Assembly: GCA_902524895.1 (NCBI GenBank)
Contig: CABZFH010000004.1
Span: 66,987 to 130,986 of the forward strand
DNA from: an uncultured Alphaproteobacteria bacterium
Lineage (GTDB): Bacteria; Pseudomonadota; Alphaproteobacteria; Methylaequorales; Methylaequoraceae
Direction: 5' to 3'
Length of the DNA: 64,000 nt
In this document: positions 10,426-19,330 of the stretch, piece by piece
Numbering within the stretch: position 1 is the stretch's first letter
Layout: every line of letters begins with the position of its first letter
Translations under genes and position numbers: made by a program
Notes under the pieces: model-generated
Told to the model about the DNA's origin: nothing
What the model saw: the letters and a program-made list of their open reading frames with translations, nothing else
Databases searched by the model: none

Positions 10426-10648
10426 AGGAATGACAATCATAATAGTCTTGCTGCTAATAACAATAACATTATCATTTTGGTATGGACGAAAAAAAGCTCC
10501 GCCACCATGGATGAAATGTAAAGAATCTTTATTTTCTCAGGTAATTTTAAAAAAATGTACTCCTAGTATAATGGCAATTCCAGACTCAGAATTTGAGAAG
10601 CAAAAAAAAGAATTAGATGAGATTAAATTGAATGAAGAAAAGTTTTAA
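10418..10648 (+). CDS. Hypothetical single-pass membrane protein
   Basis: 8-nt overlap with panD and one N-terminal TM helix. Confidence 0.4.
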   Translation: MSRGMTIIIVLLLITITLSFWYGRKKAPPPWMKCKESLFSQVILKKCTPSIMAIPDSEFEKQKKELDEIKLNEEKF

Positions 10649-10651
10649 AAT

Positions 10652-10882
10652 CTATTTTCGAGTATACCTTGAAAGGTTCTTCCATTTTTTTCCAGTAAAT
10701 CTATCGTAAGTATATTTATTACCTTTTTTATCATATGATGTAGAGTATCTAATGTGATCAAAATTATTGGCAACAATTATAAAAGAAAGTGAAAGCCATG
10801 TAATATGAATTAAATAAAGCTTTTTATTATATACTAGTACGTAAATATTTGAGATAATTGCGAAAATATTAAATAAAAACAT
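10652..10882 (-). CDS. Hypothetical small membrane protein
   Basis: ORF with two hydrophobic helices and no recognised family. Confidence 0.35.
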   Translation of the reverse strand: MFLFNIFAIISNIYVLVYNKKLYLIHITWLSLSFIIVANNFDHIRYSTSYDKKGNKYTYDRFTGKKWKNLSRYTRK

Positions 10883-11033
10883 AAAGTACTTTTCTTGAAA
10901 GTTTAAGAAATTAAAAATTAAAATATTATTATACCTTGAAAGTAAACGACTTCAAAAAAAAAAATTAATCATTAATATTTTTATTGTTTTTATTGTTTTT
11001 ACTGATAAAAATTTATTATAAAGATATTTTTAA

Positions 11034-11109
11034 GCCGGTTTAGCTCAGTTGGTAGAGCAACTGATTTGTAATCAGTAGGTCGGGTGTTCGAGTCACCCAA
11101 CCGGCACCA
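11034..11109 (+). tRNA. tRNA-Thr (anticodon UGU), CCA encoded
   Basis: Hand-folded cloverleaf: acceptor GCCGGTT/AACCGGC, D stem GCTC/GAGC, anticodon stem ACTGA/TCAGT with loop TTTGTAA, T arm GGGTG-TTCGAGT-CACCC. Total 76 nt. Confidence 0.95.
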
Positions 11110-11506
11110 CTCAGCAAGAATTTCAGCGATCATATCAAAAATGAATGCCACTAGGGCTCCAAAGTTGACTTATCAAAATTTAATTAGAGTTCTTTAGTTC
11201 TGTTTGTCTTTAGAACAACTTGTTATTGTATGTATAAGGAAGAATATAAAATTTAATACTTCATAATCTTTGTCATCTGACCAGAATCTTTGTGATTAGA
11301 GATAAAGTGAGATTGATAGACTTCAAAATGTATTCGATTTAACTGTTTCATTAATATCATTTTATTAACTTCTTTCTCTCTAATAGATTTATTTTTATTA
11401 TTATTAATTATGTCTAGTTCTATTAGTCTAGTTTTACTTAGTCTAAGACTAAAATCTTTTTTAGTGTGAGACGAAAATGCTTTTAATGAGTGTCTTTATT
11501 TAGACC

Positions 11507-11530
11507 AAAAAAAAAGGTCCAATAAGACCT
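11507..11530 (-). terminator. Putative rho-independent terminator downstream of the DprA-like/PRTase pair
   Basis: On the minus strand, AGGTC-TTATTG-GACCT is followed by a run of nine T. The stem is only 5 bp. Confidence 0.45.
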
Positions 11531-11654
11531 ATTTTAAAATTCAATTTTTACATACTATTAAACTCTAACTTGTTTGTCAAATTAATTTTTTTAAATCACT
11601 GAATTTATTGTATTTTTTTTTTTAAGATTCTTAAATACTTCAACTTAATTATTT

Positions 11655-12545
11655 TCAATAAAATACTTCAAGATCCTCTTTACGTGATAGTGATTTTATA
11701 TCTCTATCGTTCAATAATTTCAAATTACCTGATGTTTTTTCTGGATCTTTAAAACGAAAATGATGATTCCAACAATAAATTTTTTTCCCTTGCTTTCTTG
11801 CAAACTCTATAGTTTTCATGGAACCACCATTTATTTTTGATTCAATTAATATAATACTTTCGCTGATACCACTTTGAAGTCTATTCCTTTCAATAAAGAA
11901 TGCCTTATTCGGTTTACTTTCCAAAGTATACTCAGTAATCAAACAACCATTTTTATTTAAAATCTGATTTGCTAATTCTTGATTTGCTTTTGGATAAATA
12001 TTTTTTAAACCAGAAGGTAGTATGCTTATAGTTGTTCCCTTTTCTAAAGAACCTTTATGAGCATTTTCATCACATCCAAGAGCTAATCCACTAACAATAG
12101 TTACTCCGTTAGACGCTAATTTTTCACTCACCTTGTATGAAATATCCTTTGCGTAATCACTTGAATCTCTAGCACCAATTATAGCAATTTTTTTTTTTGA
12201 TTTTAAAAGAGGTAAATTTCCCATTGAAAATAACAGTGTTGGTGGATTATTTATTATTCTAAACTCATTCGGGTACTGATCATCATAATAATTGATAATT
12301 TTAACCCCCATTTGTTGGCATTTATCAATCTCTCTATTTGCAGCGTCATATGCAATATCAAAACTGGTTTTCGAAATTTCAGGAAGTTTAATTTTTTGTT
12401 TAGATATAACATTAAATGACTTAAAAAACTCCTCTGAAGACTCAAAATCTTTATTTAAATATTTAGAAATCGTAAGAGCTTTAACATTTCCAATTTTTGG
12501 TAATCCCTTTAATGATAAAAGTGTAGTTGTGCTAGGCTTAAACAA
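11655..12545 (-). CDS. DprA/Smf-like (SLOG-fold) protein
   Basis: Rossmann core IAIIGARDSSDYAKDISYKVSEKLASNGVTIVSGLALGCDENAHKGSL matches the DprA signature GxR..S.yG...SGlAxGiDxxAH. Confidence 0.75.
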   Translation of the reverse strand: MFKPSTTTLLSLKGLPKIGNVKALTISKYLNKDFESSEEFFKSFNVISKQKIKLPEISKTSFDIAYDAANREIDKCQQMGVKIINYYDDQYPNEFRIINNPPTLLFSMGNLPLLKSKKKIAIIGARDSSDYAKDISYKVSEKLASNGVTIVSGLALGCDENAHKGSLEKGTTISILPSGLKNIYPKANQELANQILNKNGCLITEYTLESKPNKAFFIERNRLQSGISESIILIESKINGGSMKTIEFARKQGKKIYCWNHHFRFKDPEKTSGNLKLLNDRDIKSLSRKEDLEVFY

Positions 12546-13482
12546 AGGATACAGTTCTTCCTAGGGCTAAACAAATTACTCGATGTGCACCATTTTCAAT
12601 GAGTTTTTTTTTACAAGCCTGAATTGAAGTACCAGAAGTTATTATGTCATCAAGAAGAAGAATAATTTTTCCTTTGATTACATCTAACCATCTTGAGTTT
12701 ATAGATACTGATTTATACTCAATATTTGCATCTCTAACACCACCAGTGGACTTCTTTTCTAGTGAAATAATTCTTTTGATCACGCTCAAATTAGTATCAC
12801 TTTCATAGACCCATTTTTTATCTGCACTTTCATAAAATGATATTACTGCACTCCCATTAGCTATATTAAAATTATCCTCTGATGATAGATTTTTTGCAAT
12901 AATATCAATCGCATTTGCGTTATCCTGTGTAGAAGAAGGTACGGTTGTAATAATAAATTTTCCATTTTGATTTATTAAACCCGTGAGAATGTTAGTAAAG
13001 TATTCAATAGCTTTAATTTTCCTATCTTTAATAGCCAATAATTTTTTTGAAAATTCTATGTCATCTGCGTTAGTTGCGAATTGTAATTTCCTAGTTGGAA
13101 TATATTTACCTATATAAAAAATATTTTTATTGTAGGGATCATCTATATTTTCCTTTAAACTACCATCAATTTCATGCAGCCTATCGGGAGCAAATCTAAA
13201 AACCTCATACCAACTATTTTTTGGGGATAATGTTTCAGTATTCTGTTTTTGTAAAAATCGAGATTCTTTAATTGAATTTACTGCGTGTATATATTGAACA
13301 AGCTTTTTTGATCTTCTATTTACCCAAGAAACACTTTTATTCTTTTTATTTAAAATATTATTTGTAAATCTTCTTGTAAATTCCTCTATTACACCCTCAA
13401 TTTCCTTTAAGCTATTACACCTTGCAGCAATTACCATTAATTCAGTAGCTTTTTTTTTGAAATAAATTTTTTTCAAATCCAT
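12538..13482 (-). CDS. ComF-type phosphoribosyltransferase-domain protein with an unassigned N-terminal ~190 aa
   Basis: PRPP loop ILLLDDIITSGTS, upstream TVPSS, and a C-terminal ALGRT. No ComFC-type Cys4 zinc finger is present. It overlaps the DprA-like gene by 8 nt. Confidence 0.7.
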   Translation of the reverse strand: MDLKKIYFKKKATELMVIAARCNSLKEIEGVIEEFTRRFTNNILNKKNKSVSWVNRRSKKLVQYIHAVNSIKESRFLQKQNTETLSPKNSWYEVFRFAPDRLHEIDGSLKENIDDPYNKNIFYIGKYIPTRKLQFATNADDIEFSKKLLAIKDRKIKAIEYFTNILTGLINQNGKFIITTVPSSTQDNANAIDIIAKNLSSEDNFNIANGSAVISFYESADKKWVYESDTNLSVIKRIISLEKKSTGGVRDANIEYKSVSINSRWLDVIKGKIILLLDDIITSGTSIQACKKKLIENGAHRVICLALGRTVSFV

Positions 13483-13488
13483 TATTTT

Positions 13489-13704
13489 ATGATAATTAAT
13501 TATATTATGAAAATAAATGATAAATATAAAAATGCAGACTCAAACAAAGAAGCAATCAAATTACTTCCTGAAATTATAACCTTTTTAGGCTCTGTATCAG
13601 CTGCCGAAGGAAGAGCATTAAATGATAGGGATGCAGCAACTGAACTAACAAAATTAGCTGACATAGCGGAAGAAATTAAAAAAAAAATTGGATACGGATA
13701 TTAA
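13489..13704 (+). CDS. Hypothetical small protein
   Basis: Plain ORF. The real start may be the internal ATG at about 13507. It is divergent from the PRTase gene with almost no spacer. Confidence 0.35.
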   Translation: MIINYIMKINDKYKNADSNKEAIKLLPEIITFLGSVSAAEGRALNDRDAATELTKLADIAEEIKKKIGYGY

Positions 13705-13735
13705 ATTAATTATAATTCATAAATTAAGGTTTTAA

Positions 13736-13873
13736 ATGGTAATTATAACAGTACCCCCTCAAAGAGAAGATTTTAAATCTGATGATGAATTTAATATTCA
13801 TTACAATAAATGGAAAAAAGAATTCGACAAAATGATAGATAACAAAGACAAATCTGTGGTTAAACATTTTTAA
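13736..13873 (+). CDS. Hypothetical small ORF (45 aa)
   Basis: Below the track cutoff. It reads MVIITVPPQREDFKSDDEFNIHYNKWKKEFDKMIDNKDKSVVKHF. Confidence 0.25.
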   Translation: MVIITVPPQREDFKSDDEFNIHYNKWKKEFDKMIDNKDKSVVKHF

Positions 13874-14014
13874 AATTAATTAATTATTAAATCTTAAGTT
13901 TTAAAGCCTTTCACTTTTGTTAAGCACTAATATTTTTTTATTGCTAAATTAAAAACTTTTTTCCACTCTTTATATGCTTTTTTATAATCTCTATCTAACT
14001 TGTAATCATTTCTT

Positions 14015-14242
14015 TTAGGTGGTGGAAGGATAGTTGTCATTTTGTCTGTTTTTTTCCTTGAAATACTTTTTTTTCCATTTAATTGAATTTAACAAAAAAA
14101 AGATGATAAGCCCCGGTTGGATTATGATAAAAAGCCAGACATTAATCTCTTCATAAGACATCCCTAAATAGTCACTAGCTTTATAAAGAAATTTAATGCA
14201 CCAATTACATACTTCAATCATCACTTGATCGTACATAAACAC
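14015..14242 (-). CDS. Hypothetical small membrane protein
   Basis: ORF with one clear TM helix (VWLFIIIQPGLIIFFLLNSI). Confidence 0.3.
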   Translation of the reverse strand: MFMYDQVMIEVCNWCIKFLYKASDYLGMSYEEINVWLFIIIQPGLIIFFLLNSIKWKKKYFKEKNRQNDNYPSTT

Positions 14243-14304
14243 TCCTTGTTCATTTTAAATTAATATATACTTGGTATTTATAAAATTCCAAATTAATTTG
14301 GGGT

Positions 14305-14350
14305 ATAGTAACGACCTACCGTTCTGGAATAGTAACGACCTAACCGTTCT
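14305..14350 (+). promoter_or_regulatory. Two direct repeats ATAGTAACGACCTA(A)CCGTTCT; candidate operator or iteron upstream of the small-ORF block
   Basis: Copy 1 is 14305-14325 and copy 2 is 14329-14350, identical except for one inserted A. They are unusually G+C-containing for an intergenic stretch here. Confidence 0.45.
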
Positions 14351-14396
14351 ATCTCAAACAGTAAAAAGTTTCCATACATTCAAATTTTCTTGGTTA

Positions 14397-14438
14397 ATAA
14401 TAATTAACAAAGGAGAAATAATAATTAACAAAGGAGAA
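14397..14438 (+). repeat. Perfect 21-bp tandem duplication (2 copies plus a 5-nt partial third) that duplicates a Shine-Dalgarno sequence
   Basis: ATAATAATTAACAAAGGAGAA occurs at 14397-14417 and again at 14418-14438, followed by ATAATGATG. The AAGGAG is therefore present twice. Confidence 0.85.
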
Positions 14439-14441
14439 ATA

Positions 14442-14609
14442 ATGATGAGAAAGAAACAAACTAATTATCTTGAAGAAGCAACTAATAGATTTGTCGAAGA
14501 GCTCAGAAGGAAAGGTATAAAAGTTCAAACTTTAGAACCTAAAGACAGTGTAACATCGACAATAACTTTTATTCCAAGAATAAAAATTAAGGAGAGAAAT
14601 AATGGTTAA
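14442..14609 (+). CDS. Hypothetical small protein (55 aa); shortened version of track ORF 14271..14609
   Basis: An ATGATG lies directly after the second AAGGAG copy. The upstream part of the track ORF runs through the repeats and looks non-coding. Confidence 0.4.
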   Translation: MMRKKQTNYLEEATNRFVEELRRKGIKVQTLEPKDSVTSTITFIPRIKIKERNNG

Positions 14610-14698
14610 AATCATTTGGAAAGAATTAAAAGAAGATGATCCGATTTTTAACACTGGATTTATCATTTCACCTATTAAAATAAAAAAAAGGACTAAAA

Positions 14699-14920
14699 AT
14701 GTTAAGTGAAAAAGAATCAAATGAGCTATCCCAAAGAGTGATTTCAGTACTGTCAAAAGAGAGGTTATCAAAATGTTCTAAAATGCAATTACAGATGATG
14801 GATCGGTTAATGGATCAGGAGCTCGAAGAAGTGAAAAACGATCCGACACAGATCACAGATCCTCAAATAATGGGAATATACGAAATGGTGATGGATCATC
14901 TTCAACCGTATGATTTTTAA
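14699..14920 (+). CDS. Hypothetical small acidic protein
   Basis: ORF preceded by another unlisted 35-codon ORF (14603-14710) that it overlaps, giving phage-like tight packing. Confidence 0.4.
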   Translation: MLSEKESNELSQRVISVLSKERLSKCSKMQLQMMDRLMDQELEEVKNDPTQITDPQIMGIYEMVMDHLQPYDF

Positions 14921-15011
14921 AAAAATATTATACATTTTTTATATCAAGTAATTGATATGGGGAGTTTATTCTCCCCTTTCCCTCTTTTGGATTTAAAGAT
15001 ATAGTTAAATT

Positions 15012-15317
15012 ATGTGGATTCAGTTTAACAATGCATTCTTATCAATAGTAGAAAATAGAGATAATGAACTAGAGTTATTAGTTAGAGCTCGTATTAAAGG
15101 TGACATTGAGAAAATTTTTCCTGAAGCTCATGTATTTGAAGATGATAGTGCAGATTATAAATACAGAGCATTTATTTCAAAGGCTAAGGTTGCGGCTAGA
15201 ATGATGCTTAAGATAACAGAGATTAACTATGATAATTTTAAAAATTCTGTAAAAGAGATTACAAGAAAAAATGCGTATAGCAATATTTGGGTAGAATTAA
15301 GGAAACTTCAAAAATAA
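15012..15317 (+). CDS. Hypothetical protein
   Basis: ORF of 101 aa with no recognised motif. Confidence 0.4.
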   Translation: MWIQFNNAFLSIVENRDNELELLVRARIKGDIEKIFPEAHVFEDDSADYKYRAFISKAKVAARMMLKITEINYDNFKNSVKEITRKNAYSNIWVELRKLQK

Positions 15318-15323
15318 ATTAAC

Positions 15324-16616
15324 TCAAAGTTTTGATATCTCATCATATATTGTATTTCTAACTTTGTTTATCTCATCTTTATTTTTAATAAACTTTTTTG
15401 CAACATCTAAAATTTTATTAGCTGCAGATTCTCTTTTTTTTGATCTAACGTTATTAATCTCAACTACCTTTTCTTGATTTCTAACTTGTGATCTTTGTCT
15501 ACAAATTTCGGAAATATGCTTAGTGATTAATGAGATATGATTAACAAAATTATAGTAAAAGTTATTTTTTTCAAAATCATCTCGTCTACCATTGGGGACA
15601 AGCTTTGAACTTATTATATGAAGCTCACCAATGGTCCAAGCATTGAATCTTGACTCTTGAAACTGATCTAAAAAAATTGTGTTTTCACCGATTTGAATAT
15701 TTCCAACCCGCGCTCTTAATCCAGGAAGTGCAGTACTTTTATTTATGGCACCAAAATATCCATGATTTAACAAAAAGCCATAGGCTAAAAGTTCATTATC
15801 ATTATCCACTATCTCCAACTTTTCGACACCATTAATATAATCAGTAGTTGTTGAATTAAAGTCATATGAATTTCTAAATGTTCTAGTTATCGCTGTTTCA
15901 CCATTAAGTAAAATATTATGATACGAAATTTTAATTTTTTCTCTCAGAAGTTCATTTATTTGATCTTTAAATTTAAAGCTATCTGAAAAAGGAACAGGAG
16001 CAACTTGAGATAGATACTTCTCGATCATCATATTGTTAAGAAGTACATCATTTTTTAATCTGAGTATTTTCTTCAACTCAACCTTAAAATAATGAGCACT
16101 TGTATCACTTGTTTCTTGTAGTTCATGAGTTGTTGAATCATCAACTATTTTTTTTAAATCTGATTTAATTGAATGATCAACCAATAATTTTTTTAATTGT
16201 CGACAATCCCACTTCAAAGTATTTATTTTATTTTCTCCAGCGCATTTACTTGTAAACACTAACTCCTGACAATAAGCTAATCCTGCTAAACGTCCAATAC
16301 CTCTAAACCCTCTAGCATCTGTACCTCTTTTAGGACTGTTTCCAAAAGAAAGAAGTATTTTTGCAAACTCATTACTTGATAGGCCAGTGCCGTTGTCTTC
16401 GATAATAATTGATCTATCTATGTAATTAATATTGATTTTTATTTTACCGTCATCTTCTATTGATTTTAATAACCCTTTACTAACAGCTTTTTCTATTGAA
16501 TCAGCAGAGTTTTGTATATACTCGCGATAAATTGTCAAAGGGTCTAAATACATTCCTGAAGTAAGTAACTCAAGGATGTCTTTACCTATTGTTATTTGTT
16601 TTAAACTACTATTCAT
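15324..16616 (-). CDS. GHKL-superfamily ATPase (HATPase_c_3 / MORC-Hsp90-MutL-like)
   Basis: Bergerat-fold motifs: N box EYIQNSADS, G1 IEDNGTGLS, G2 GFRGIGRLAG. Confidence 0.75.
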   Translation of the reverse strand: MNSSLKQITIGKDILELLTSGMYLDPLTIYREYIQNSADSIEKAVSKGLLKSIEDDGKIKININYIDRSIIIEDNGTGLSSNEFAKILLSFGNSPKRGTDARGFRGIGRLAGLAYCQELVFTSKCAGENKINTLKWDCRQLKKLLVDHSIKSDLKKIVDDSTTHELQETSDTSAHYFKVELKKILRLKNDVLLNNMMIEKYLSQVAPVPFSDSFKFKDQINELLREKIKISYHNILLNGETAITRTFRNSYDFNSTTTDYINGVEKLEIVDNDNELLAYGFLLNHGYFGAINKSTALPGLRARVGNIQIGENTIFLDQFQESRFNAWTIGELHIISSKLVPNGRRDDFEKNNFYYNFVNHISLITKHISEICRQRSQVRNQEKVVEINNVRSKKRESAANKILDVAKKFIKNKDEINKVRNTIYDEISKL

Positions 16617-16621
16617 GATAA

Positions 16622-18235
16622 CTATCTGGCTATAACTTTTCTCATATTTTCTTCAATTTCAGTATCAGGATTATGGTCCAATCCAGCGTCCTCTACTATT
16701 TCATCATCAGCCATAGCAATATTTAGCTTATTTTTTATTTGTTTTTGGGAAGACCAAATTTTTCTGTTTTCTTCTATTGTCAAACGTTTATAAAAAGGAA
16801 TCATATTTCTAATCTTATTATTTTTAATTTTTTTTGATTCTTTCAAATACTCTGAAGGGAAATGTGATGCTAAAAAATTCATTAGTTCTTCAACCTCCGA
16901 TTCATATAGTTTGTTAATTTGTGTATTAAACTCATCTAGTTCAGCTCGACCACCGAATTTCTCAAACCAATCTCTATTAAAAGTAAAATCATGTGGCATT
17001 CTTAGAATTTTTAGAAATTCGTCTTCAGTATCACCAAATGCTTTTTTAAAAAATTCAGGTGCACCACTGACAACTCCGTGAGTTGCTTGGAGAATAATTT
17101 GAATTGAGCGCAAATAATATTTATTCCAATGCTCACCAACATGCCCCCTATCTGGCCTATCTGTTGGTTGATACCTCATTGGAAAAGAATAAATTTGGGT
17201 ACCAAGCTCTTCATTAAGACTGACATTTATTCTCATTCTTTGAAAAAGGTCATTTGGTGTATCATGGAAATTATACAGCATGTAATTTGATAAAAAATTC
17301 AAACCTGAAGCGCTTGCATACCGAACAGCTTGCTCATAGGGTTTTATTAAACCTACATGGTCAAAAGCAATCCTGAGAGGTGATAAACATACTCTACTTA
17401 ACTGTTTCATAAAATGCTCTGATTTTGCTAAAATTCTGGCATCTACACCCTGATTAAAATCAACACGTCTTTGAACTTTTTTACCTGTTCTAGGGTTGAC
17501 CATAGTTGCCCCTTTTGCAAAACCTAAATCGACAACTTCATCAATTATCTCTTTTAATCGAGGAGAAGCCACAACATTATTATCCATTAAAATTAAATCT
17601 TTTTTTGGACCATATAGTTTTTCAATTCCACCAACTATTTTGCTAAGCGGTGGCATTTCGCGCATTCCACCCTCAAGTTTTGGTACTCCACAAAAAGCAC
17701 ATTTTCTAACACACCCTCTTGTTGCGTAAGCGAAATAAGCGTCATGAACGGGATATTTATACTCAATTTGTCCAAGAATACTATAATCTGGTATTAGGTC
17801 CTCAATGGGGGTGCTATCTAAATCTTCGGAATATAGCTCCTCTTCGAAATCATCAAGTTGTAACGATTCTGCTGGAGATTTATCAAGTAAGCCTTGAATG
17901 AAACGAATTCCTCTCCATTTATCTTGAGACAAAAACTTCTCATGCATAAGTGAAGCAGCTATTCCACCTACAAAAATCTTATCGTGTTGTTGACTAACTA
18001 GCTTGGAAGCATATTCAATTGTTTCTGAAATTTTATTCCATTCAAAAGAAAACAATGTTGTAATATAAATTCTATCCCAAACAATTCTTTCCGCACTTTT
18101 ATCTTCACCTTTAATAAATTTAACATTATCTTTTTTACCATTAGCTCCATGGTATTGAGCTATTTTCATTAAACCCAAAGGGGGATATTTGTTTTTGTAT
18201 CCAGGTTCTATCAATAATATGTTTTTATTTGCCAT
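16622..18235 (-). CDS. Radical SAM enzyme with an N-terminal B12-binding-type domain
   Basis: LLIEPGYKNKYPPLGLMKIAQY and IFVGGIAAS suggest a cobalamin-binding-like domain. ATRGCVRKCAFCGV is the CxxxCxxC cluster motif. Confidence 0.75.
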   Translation of the reverse strand: MANKNILLIEPGYKNKYPPLGLMKIAQYHGANGKKDNVKFIKGEDKSAERIVWDRIYITTLFSFEWNKISETIEYASKLVSQQHDKIFVGGIAASLMHEKFLSQDKWRGIRFIQGLLDKSPAESLQLDDFEEELYSEDLDSTPIEDLIPDYSILGQIEYKYPVHDAYFAYATRGCVRKCAFCGVPKLEGGMREMPPLSKIVGGIEKLYGPKKDLILMDNNVVASPRLKEIIDEVVDLGFAKGATMVNPRTGKKVQRRVDFNQGVDARILAKSEHFMKQLSRVCLSPLRIAFDHVGLIKPYEQAVRYASASGLNFLSNYMLYNFHDTPNDLFQRMRINVSLNEELGTQIYSFPMRYQPTDRPDRGHVGEHWNKYYLRSIQIILQATHGVVSGAPEFFKKAFGDTEDEFLKILRMPHDFTFNRDWFEKFGGRAELDEFNTQINKLYESEVEELMNFLASHFPSEYLKESKKIKNNKIRNMIPFYKRLTIEENRKIWSSQKQIKNKLNIAMADDEIVEDAGLDHNPDTEIEENMRKVIAR

Positions 18236-18288
18236 ACCTATATATAGTATCAGAAAACTCTATTAAATACAAAATGTAGGAAAAAATT

Positions 18289-19326
18289 TTAATATTTTTT
18301 GTCTAGAGTTTTTGCTCTTTTTTCAAGAATTTTAGCTAGAGTTTTTAGTTCATATTTAATAGCGTCTTTTATCTTTTTATTTTCATTAGTTGTTTTGGCT
18401 TTTAATAGATCGAATAATTTAGAATCTAAATTTGGGTCATCCCTAAAATTCTGATTTATCTCTTTTAAAGCCGCAACTACACCTGTAGAGGATGGATGAG
18501 ACCTCCATTCGTTTCTTGATTTATGAAAATCTCCATGACTACAAAATTTTTTCAATATTTTTACAGCGTTAGCACCTGCAATTTTAGAAAAATGATTTCT
18601 CCAGACGGTAGAAGAAAAAACACCTTCTTCATCAGCTTTTTGTATTGATGCAATAAAATTTTCATAAAAATTTTTTTTATCTACAGTTTGTGCTTTAAAT
18701 ATATCGTTCAGGTCTCTGGATTTTACTAGCCATGAAATGATACTATATTTATTTTCATCTAATCTATTTTTATTAATTACTTCAATAGTCTCCTTCATTT
18801 CATCAATGTTTTTAGTAGTTAACTTAAATTTATCGTGTATCTCATCTTTAGAAAATTGATTTAATAATGATACAATTTTAAGAGCTTTATTATAGGCTTG
18901 CCATTCGTCTTTACCTTGAACATGAATAAAGTACAAAAACTGTTCTAGCTCTATTTCTGTATAGTCTGATATAACAAGTACATCAATTTTAGGCCAATGT
19001 GGAAGACTCGAATCGTTGTCAATATCTTTTAACCAATGATGGGCGGCTAGCCTTTGATTTCCCTCTATAGCAAGAAATTCATCTGTATATTCAATTTTTT
19101 TGACAACTATAGGTTCAAACATTTGCTTGGCTGTAAGGAGGTCTTCTTTCAGGTCTTTTACTTTTTTTTTTCCTCCTCCATAAAGAAAATGATTCTTGAT
19201 ATCAGAGTGACCCCACTCGGGGTTATGCTGTTTAATATTTAAAATTCTTGGGTTATCAGGGTCAAATTTTATATTATTAAAATCTATACCCTCTTTAGAC
19301 TCTGCCTTAATAAATTCTTTTCTCAT
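18289..19326 (-). CDS. ParB/sulfiredoxin-fold N-terminal domain protein (paralog A)
   Basis: IKFDPDNPRI and LAIEGNQRLAA resemble ParB box motifs. The central ~130 aa are highly similar to the 672-aa paralog. Confidence 0.65.
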   Translation of the reverse strand: MRKEFIKAESKEGIDFNNIKFDPDNPRILNIKQHNPEWGHSDIKNHFLYGGGKKKVKDLKEDLLTAKQMFEPIVVKKIEYTDEFLAIEGNQRLAAHHWLKDIDNDSSLPHWPKIDVLVISDYTEIELEQFLYFIHVQGKDEWQAYNKALKIVSLLNQFSKDEIHDKFKLTTKNIDEMKETIEVINKNRLDENKYSIISWLVKSRDLNDIFKAQTVDKKNFYENFIASIQKADEEGVFSSTVWRNHFSKIAGANAVKILKKFCSHGDFHKSRNEWRSHPSSTGVVAALKEINQNFRDDPNLDSKLFDLLKAKTTNENKKIKDAIKYELKTLAKILEKRAKTLDKKY

Positions 19327-19330
19327 AAAA

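Noticed and set aside
11412-11452. TAGTCTAG-type motifs near both island ends: three TAGTCTA copies and the palindrome TTAGTCTAAGACTAA at 11412-11452, and GTCTAGAC at 26388-26397 next to the att-like repeat.
   Set aside because: An 8-mer shared between two sites in 64 kb is within chance expectation. It may still deserve a look as a recombinase or repressor site if the island boundary is confirmed.
11110-11654. Search for an integrase, an integrase remnant or a structured RNA in the 545-bp ORF-free stretch next to tRNA-Thr.
   Set aside because: Translating all frames by eye gave only short fragments with no tyrosine-recombinase C-terminal signature (no ..HxLRH...Y pattern). I could support only a weak terminator hairpin and short palindromes.
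14397-14438. The 21-bp tandem repeat considered as a CRISPR or minisatellite array.
   Set aside because: There are only two contiguous copies with no spacers. It is a simple tandem duplication of an RBS region. No CRISPR-like repeat-spacer structure exists anywhere in the window.
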